Source of the DNA: Vulcanimicrobiota bacterium
GTDB lineage: Bacteria > Vulcanimicrobiota > Vulcanimicrobiia > Vulcanimicrobiales > Vulcanimicrobiaceae
Length of the DNA: 64,000 nt
Assembly: GCA_963833095.1 (NCBI GenBank)
Contig: CAWHWQ010000005.1
Span: forward strand, 352,001-416,000
Direction: 5' to 3'
The notes under the pieces are model-generated. The model did not search any database and was not told where the DNA came from. It saw nothing but the letters and a program-made list of their open reading frames with translations. Position 1 is the stretch's first letter. Every line of letters starts with the position of its first letter. Both the position numbers and the translations under genes were made by a program. This document shows, piece by piece, positions 60,859-64,000 of this stretch.

Positions 60859-61551
60859 TCAACGTTTGTCGAGACGATAGCCGATGCCACGTACGCTCGA
60901 AATCTCGAGCGGAGCATCAACCTCGATCAGCTTCTTTCGCAGCGCCGCGACATGGACGTCGACGACGCGCGTGGGAACGCCCGACGTATCATTCCATACG
61001 TGCTCGAGGATCTGCGCGCGCGTAAGCAACCGCCCTTCGGCTTCGCCCAAAAACCACAAGAGGCGAAATTCGAGCGCCGTCAGAGGAACGTTCGTGGTGT
61101 TGTTGAGCAGCGTGTGAAAATCGCGGTCGAGCTGCGCACTGCCAAGAGCGAGGATATTGTTGCCCTCTTTCTTTGCCGTCGACTTCTCGCGGCGGCGCAA
61201 GAACGAGGCGATGCGCGCAACCAGCTCGTTACCGGAAAAGGGCTTGGTAATGTAGTCGTCCGCTCCAAGACCAAGGCCAAGCAGAATATCCTGTTCGCGC
61301 GAATGGCCGCTGACCATGAGGATGAAGCAATTGTTCGAGTTGGAGAGCGACGTGCAGACGTCAAGCCCGGAGATATCGGGCAGCCCGACGTCAAGCACGA
61401 CGACGTCGGGCTTATAGGTATCGGCAAGCTCGAGGCCCTCGGCGCCGCTAGAGGTTACCTTCACCTCGTAACCGGCGCGCTCGAGAACCGTCTGTTCTAA
61501 GCGGGCGACGTCCTCGTCGTCCTCGATAACCAACATCCGGGCTAGCGCCAC
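60859..61551 (-). CDS. OmpR/PhoB family response regulator (no cognate kinase adjacent)
   Basis: 'LVIEDD', 'VLDVGLP', 'GADDYITKPF', 'LT.LEF.LL', 'VDVHV..LRKK', 'VRGIGY'. Confidence 0.94.
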   Translation of the reverse strand: MALARMLVIEDDEDVARLEQTVLERAGYEVKVTSSGAEGLELADTYKPDVVVLDVGLPDISGLDVCTSLSNSNNCFILMVSGHSREQDILLGLGLGADDYITKPFSGNELVARIASFLRRREKSTAKKEGNNILALGSAQLDRDFHTLLNNTTNVPLTALEFRLLWFLGEAEGRLLTRAQILEHVWNDTSGVPTRVVDVHVAALRKKLIEVDAPLEISSVRGIGYRLDKR

Positions 61552-61578
61552 CGATTCACCTCCAACGGGTCAGAATGC

Positions 61579-63021
61579 CTATACCTTAGCTTCGATCTCT
61601 TCTTCCTCGGACTTTACCAGTGTCCGTCGGGCAACGCCTTCGTCCACGGCGGCGCTACCCACCGCCTTTGCGACCGCATCGACCACGCGAGGGTCGAAAA
61701 CGCTCGGGATGATGTATTCGGCGCTGCGCTCCTCGTCGGTGACCATCGAGGCGATGGCGTACGCTGCCGCGATCTTCATTCGCTCGGTGATGCGGCTCGC
61801 GCGAACGTCCAGCGCACCCCGGAAGATACCCGGAAACGCAAGCAGGTTGTTCACTTGGTTGGGGAAGTCCGAGCGTCCGGTCGCTACGACCGCCGCCACC
61901 GGGGCCGCGACGTCGGGCATGATCTCGGGCGTCGGATTGGCCATCGCAAAGACGATCGGATCGCGCGCCATCCCGGCAATATCCTCGGGTTTGAGGATTC
62001 CGGGTGCAGAGACGCCGATGAAGACGTCGGTGCCCCGCAGGACGTCGGCGAGCGTGCCCCGGCGATTTTCACGGTTGGTGTGCTCGGCGAGCCAGCGCCA
62101 GTGGGCATTGTCGTAGCGATCTTCGCGATTGATCGCGCCGTTGCGATCGACCGGGATAACGTCGCGCACCCCGGCTTCGAGTAACATTTTGATCGTTGCG
62201 GTTCCGGCTGCACCGCTGCCCGAAACGACGATCTGCAAGTCGTGCAAATCTTTGCCCACGACTTTAGCTGCGTTGATCAGCGCGGCAAGGATCACGACGG
62301 CAGTTCCATGCTGATCGTCGTGCATCACCGGAATGTCCAGCCGCTCGATCAGGCGCTGCTCTACTTCGAAGCACCGCGGTGCCGAGATATCTTCGAGATT
62401 AATGCCGCCGAAGACCGGCGCAATGCGCACTACCGTTTCGACGATCTCATCGACGTCTTTGGTGTCTAAACAAATCGGGAACGCATCGATGTTGGCAAAC
62501 TGCTTGAAAAGCATCGATTTGCCTTCCATCACCGGCAGCGCGCCGAGCGGGCCGATGTCGCCTAAGCCGAGCACCGCGGTACCATCCGTCACGACCGCAA
62601 CCGTGTTGCGTTTGATCGAGAGCTGAAAGGCCTTGCTCGGGTCTGCGGCGATGGCCATCGAAACGCGCGCGACGCCAGGCGTATACACCACCGAGAGATC
62701 GTTGCGCGTCTTAACCGGCATCTTCGGTTCAATGCGAATCTTGCCGCCGAGGTGCGCAAGGAAGGTCGAATCCGAGACCGAGATCACCCGCACACCTTCA
62801 AGGCGCTCAACGGCACGTCGCACTTCGGCGGCGATCACGTCTGAGCTGACGTTGATCGTCACGTCGCGCACGACTCGTGCGCGCGTGACCGAGCGCATAT
62901 CGACCGCGGCGACCTGTCCGCCGGCATCGCCGATTGCATTGGCTAGCGTCCCGAACGCGCCGTTCTCGTTCGGCATCTCCACGCGCATGATCAAAGTGAA
63001 ACTTATTGCTACCTGTGGCAT
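61579..63021 (-). CDS. NAD(P)-dependent malic enzyme with N-terminal ACT domain
   Basis: 'YTPGVA', 'TDGTAVLGLGDIG', 'MEGK', 'INLEDI', 'DDQHGTA', 'FAMANP', 'NQVNN'. Confidence 0.95.
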   Translation of the reverse strand: MPQVAISFTLIMRVEMPNENGAFGTLANAIGDAGGQVAAVDMRSVTRARVVRDVTINVSSDVIAAEVRRAVERLEGVRVISVSDSTFLAHLGGKIRIEPKMPVKTRNDLSVVYTPGVARVSMAIAADPSKAFQLSIKRNTVAVVTDGTAVLGLGDIGPLGALPVMEGKSMLFKQFANIDAFPICLDTKDVDEIVETVVRIAPVFGGINLEDISAPRCFEVEQRLIERLDIPVMHDDQHGTAVVILAALINAAKVVGKDLHDLQIVVSGSGAAGTATIKMLLEAGVRDVIPVDRNGAINREDRYDNAHWRWLAEHTNRENRRGTLADVLRGTDVFIGVSAPGILKPEDIAGMARDPIVFAMANPTPEIMPDVAAPVAAVVATGRSDFPNQVNNLLAFPGIFRGALDVRASRITERMKIAAAYAIASMVTDEERSAEYIIPSVFDPRVVDAVAKAVGSAAVDEGVARRTLVKSEEEEIEAKV

Positions 63022-63028
63022 CTTCTCA

Positions 63029-64000
63029 TCAATTTCCGCTGATGGTCATCTCCGCCACGCGAAACGACGGAGCGACCGTCGAGCTATCGAAACGCAGATC
63101 GCTTGCCACCCTATCGACGCCTGCGAGCATCTCCGCAAAATTTCCCGCTACCGTGAACTCGTCGATCGGGTAGGCTAACTCGCCGTTTTCGATCATGAAC
63201 CCGCGCGCTCCCCGGCTATAGGCGCCGGTTGCGTGTTCGGTGGCAAATCCGATCGTATCGAGCACCAAGACGCCGCGGCCGGTCGCCGCAATCAGCTCGG
63301 CGAGCGATCCCCTCCCGGGTTCCAGATAGAAGTTATTGGCGCCGATGCCGCCGCCGGTCGAATTCCCGGTCGTCTGCGCCCCCAGTTTACGCGCGTAATA
63401 GCTGTCATAAAGGAACGTTCGCAACACCCCTGCTTCAAAGACCGGCGTGCGGCGCGTTGCCACACCCTCCCCGTCGAATGGCGCACTGCCCAAACGGCCC
63501 GGCAGCGTACCGTCGTCGACGATGGTAACCAGCTCGCTCCCAACGCGATCCCCGATTCGTTCCGCCAGCCACGAATTTCCGACCGCGACGCTGGATGCCG
63601 CAACCGCCGAAAACACGTCATCCAGCACCGACGCGGCGACGTCGCGTTCGAAGATCACGGCGGCCCGCATCGTCGGCGGCTTGCGCGCGCCAAACATCTC
63701 TACGGCGCGGCGTGCAGCAACGGCTCCGACCGCAGCCGAGTCCTCGAGATCGCGCATAAAGCGCCCGGCCGTTCCGTAGTGCGCGGTGCGCTTGGAGCCG
63801 TTCTCCTCGGCCAGCGGAGCGGTCGAGCGAGATGCGCGCGTGGCCGTATAGGCGCCGCGAAAGCCGCTCGAATTCGCAAGCGCGATCGCGCTCGTCGCAT
63901 CGCCATAGTGCGAACCGCTCGAATTGACGACGCGCCGATCTGCGGCACGAATTGCGCGTTCGAGGGCGAGGACGTCCTCGATTTTTTCCGCGTCGTCGCG
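63029..64000 (-). CDS. TldD/PmbA family protein (PmbA-like), 5'-truncated
   Basis: The frame is open to the window end; 'FDGEG', 'G.YSRGA.GF.IENG...YP..E.TVAGN', 'MTISG'. Confidence 0.9.
   Translation of the reverse strand, partial: RDDAEKIEDVLALERAIRAADRRVVNSSGSHYGDATSAIALANSSGFRGAYTATRASRSTAPLAEENGSKRTAHYGTAGRFMRDLEDSAAVGAVAARRAVEMFGARKPPTMRAAVIFERDVAASVLDDVFSAVAASSVAVGNSWLAERIGDRVGSELVTIVDDGTLPGRLGSAPFDGEGVATRRTPVFEAGVLRTFLYDSYYARKLGAQTTGNSTGGGIGANNFYLEPGRGSLAELIAATGRGVLVLDTIGFATEHATGAYSRGARGFMIENGELAYPIDEFTVAGNFAEMLAGVDRVASDLRFDSSTVAPSFRVAEMTISGN

Overview
A GC-rich, very densely coded bacterial chromosomal window of mostly housekeeping and metabolic genes. They include an ECF sigma factor, EF-G2, pyrE, bcp, a K+ channel, thiO-thiS-thiG, ETF:quinone oxidoreductase, a 2-oxoacid dehydrogenase E1a/E1b/E2 set, queDE, futalosine-pathway mqnB and mqnD (frameshifted), namZ, gltB, glcDE, a YtpB-type terpene cyclase, trxB, malic enzyme and a partial pmbA. 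The gene content and style suggest a soil Terrabacteria lineage, possibly Eremiobacterota; this is an impression only. I found no rRNA, tRNA, CRISPR array, transposase or integrase. Five observations stand out. (1) A ~280-nt intergenic element at 60576-60855 folds into a 33-bp closing stem plus two long hairpins whose ~31-nt loops are complementary to each other, and it overlaps the start codon of a MocR regulator. A simpler ~170-nt rod sits in an analogous position at 54662-54831. (2) An ECF sigma factor is coupled to a zinc-finger anti-sigma domain fused to an O6-alkylguanine alkyltransferase, a candidate sigma-based alkylation response. (3) A family of structured REP-like repeats shows compensatory changes, and one inverted pair brackets a gene the ORF track missed, which has no canonical start codon. 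(4) Several apparent pseudoenzymes occur (Pcp, DDAH-like, EF-G2). (5) A PHP phosphatase is fused to a histone-H1-like tail. All family calls are from motif recognition by eye; no searches were run.
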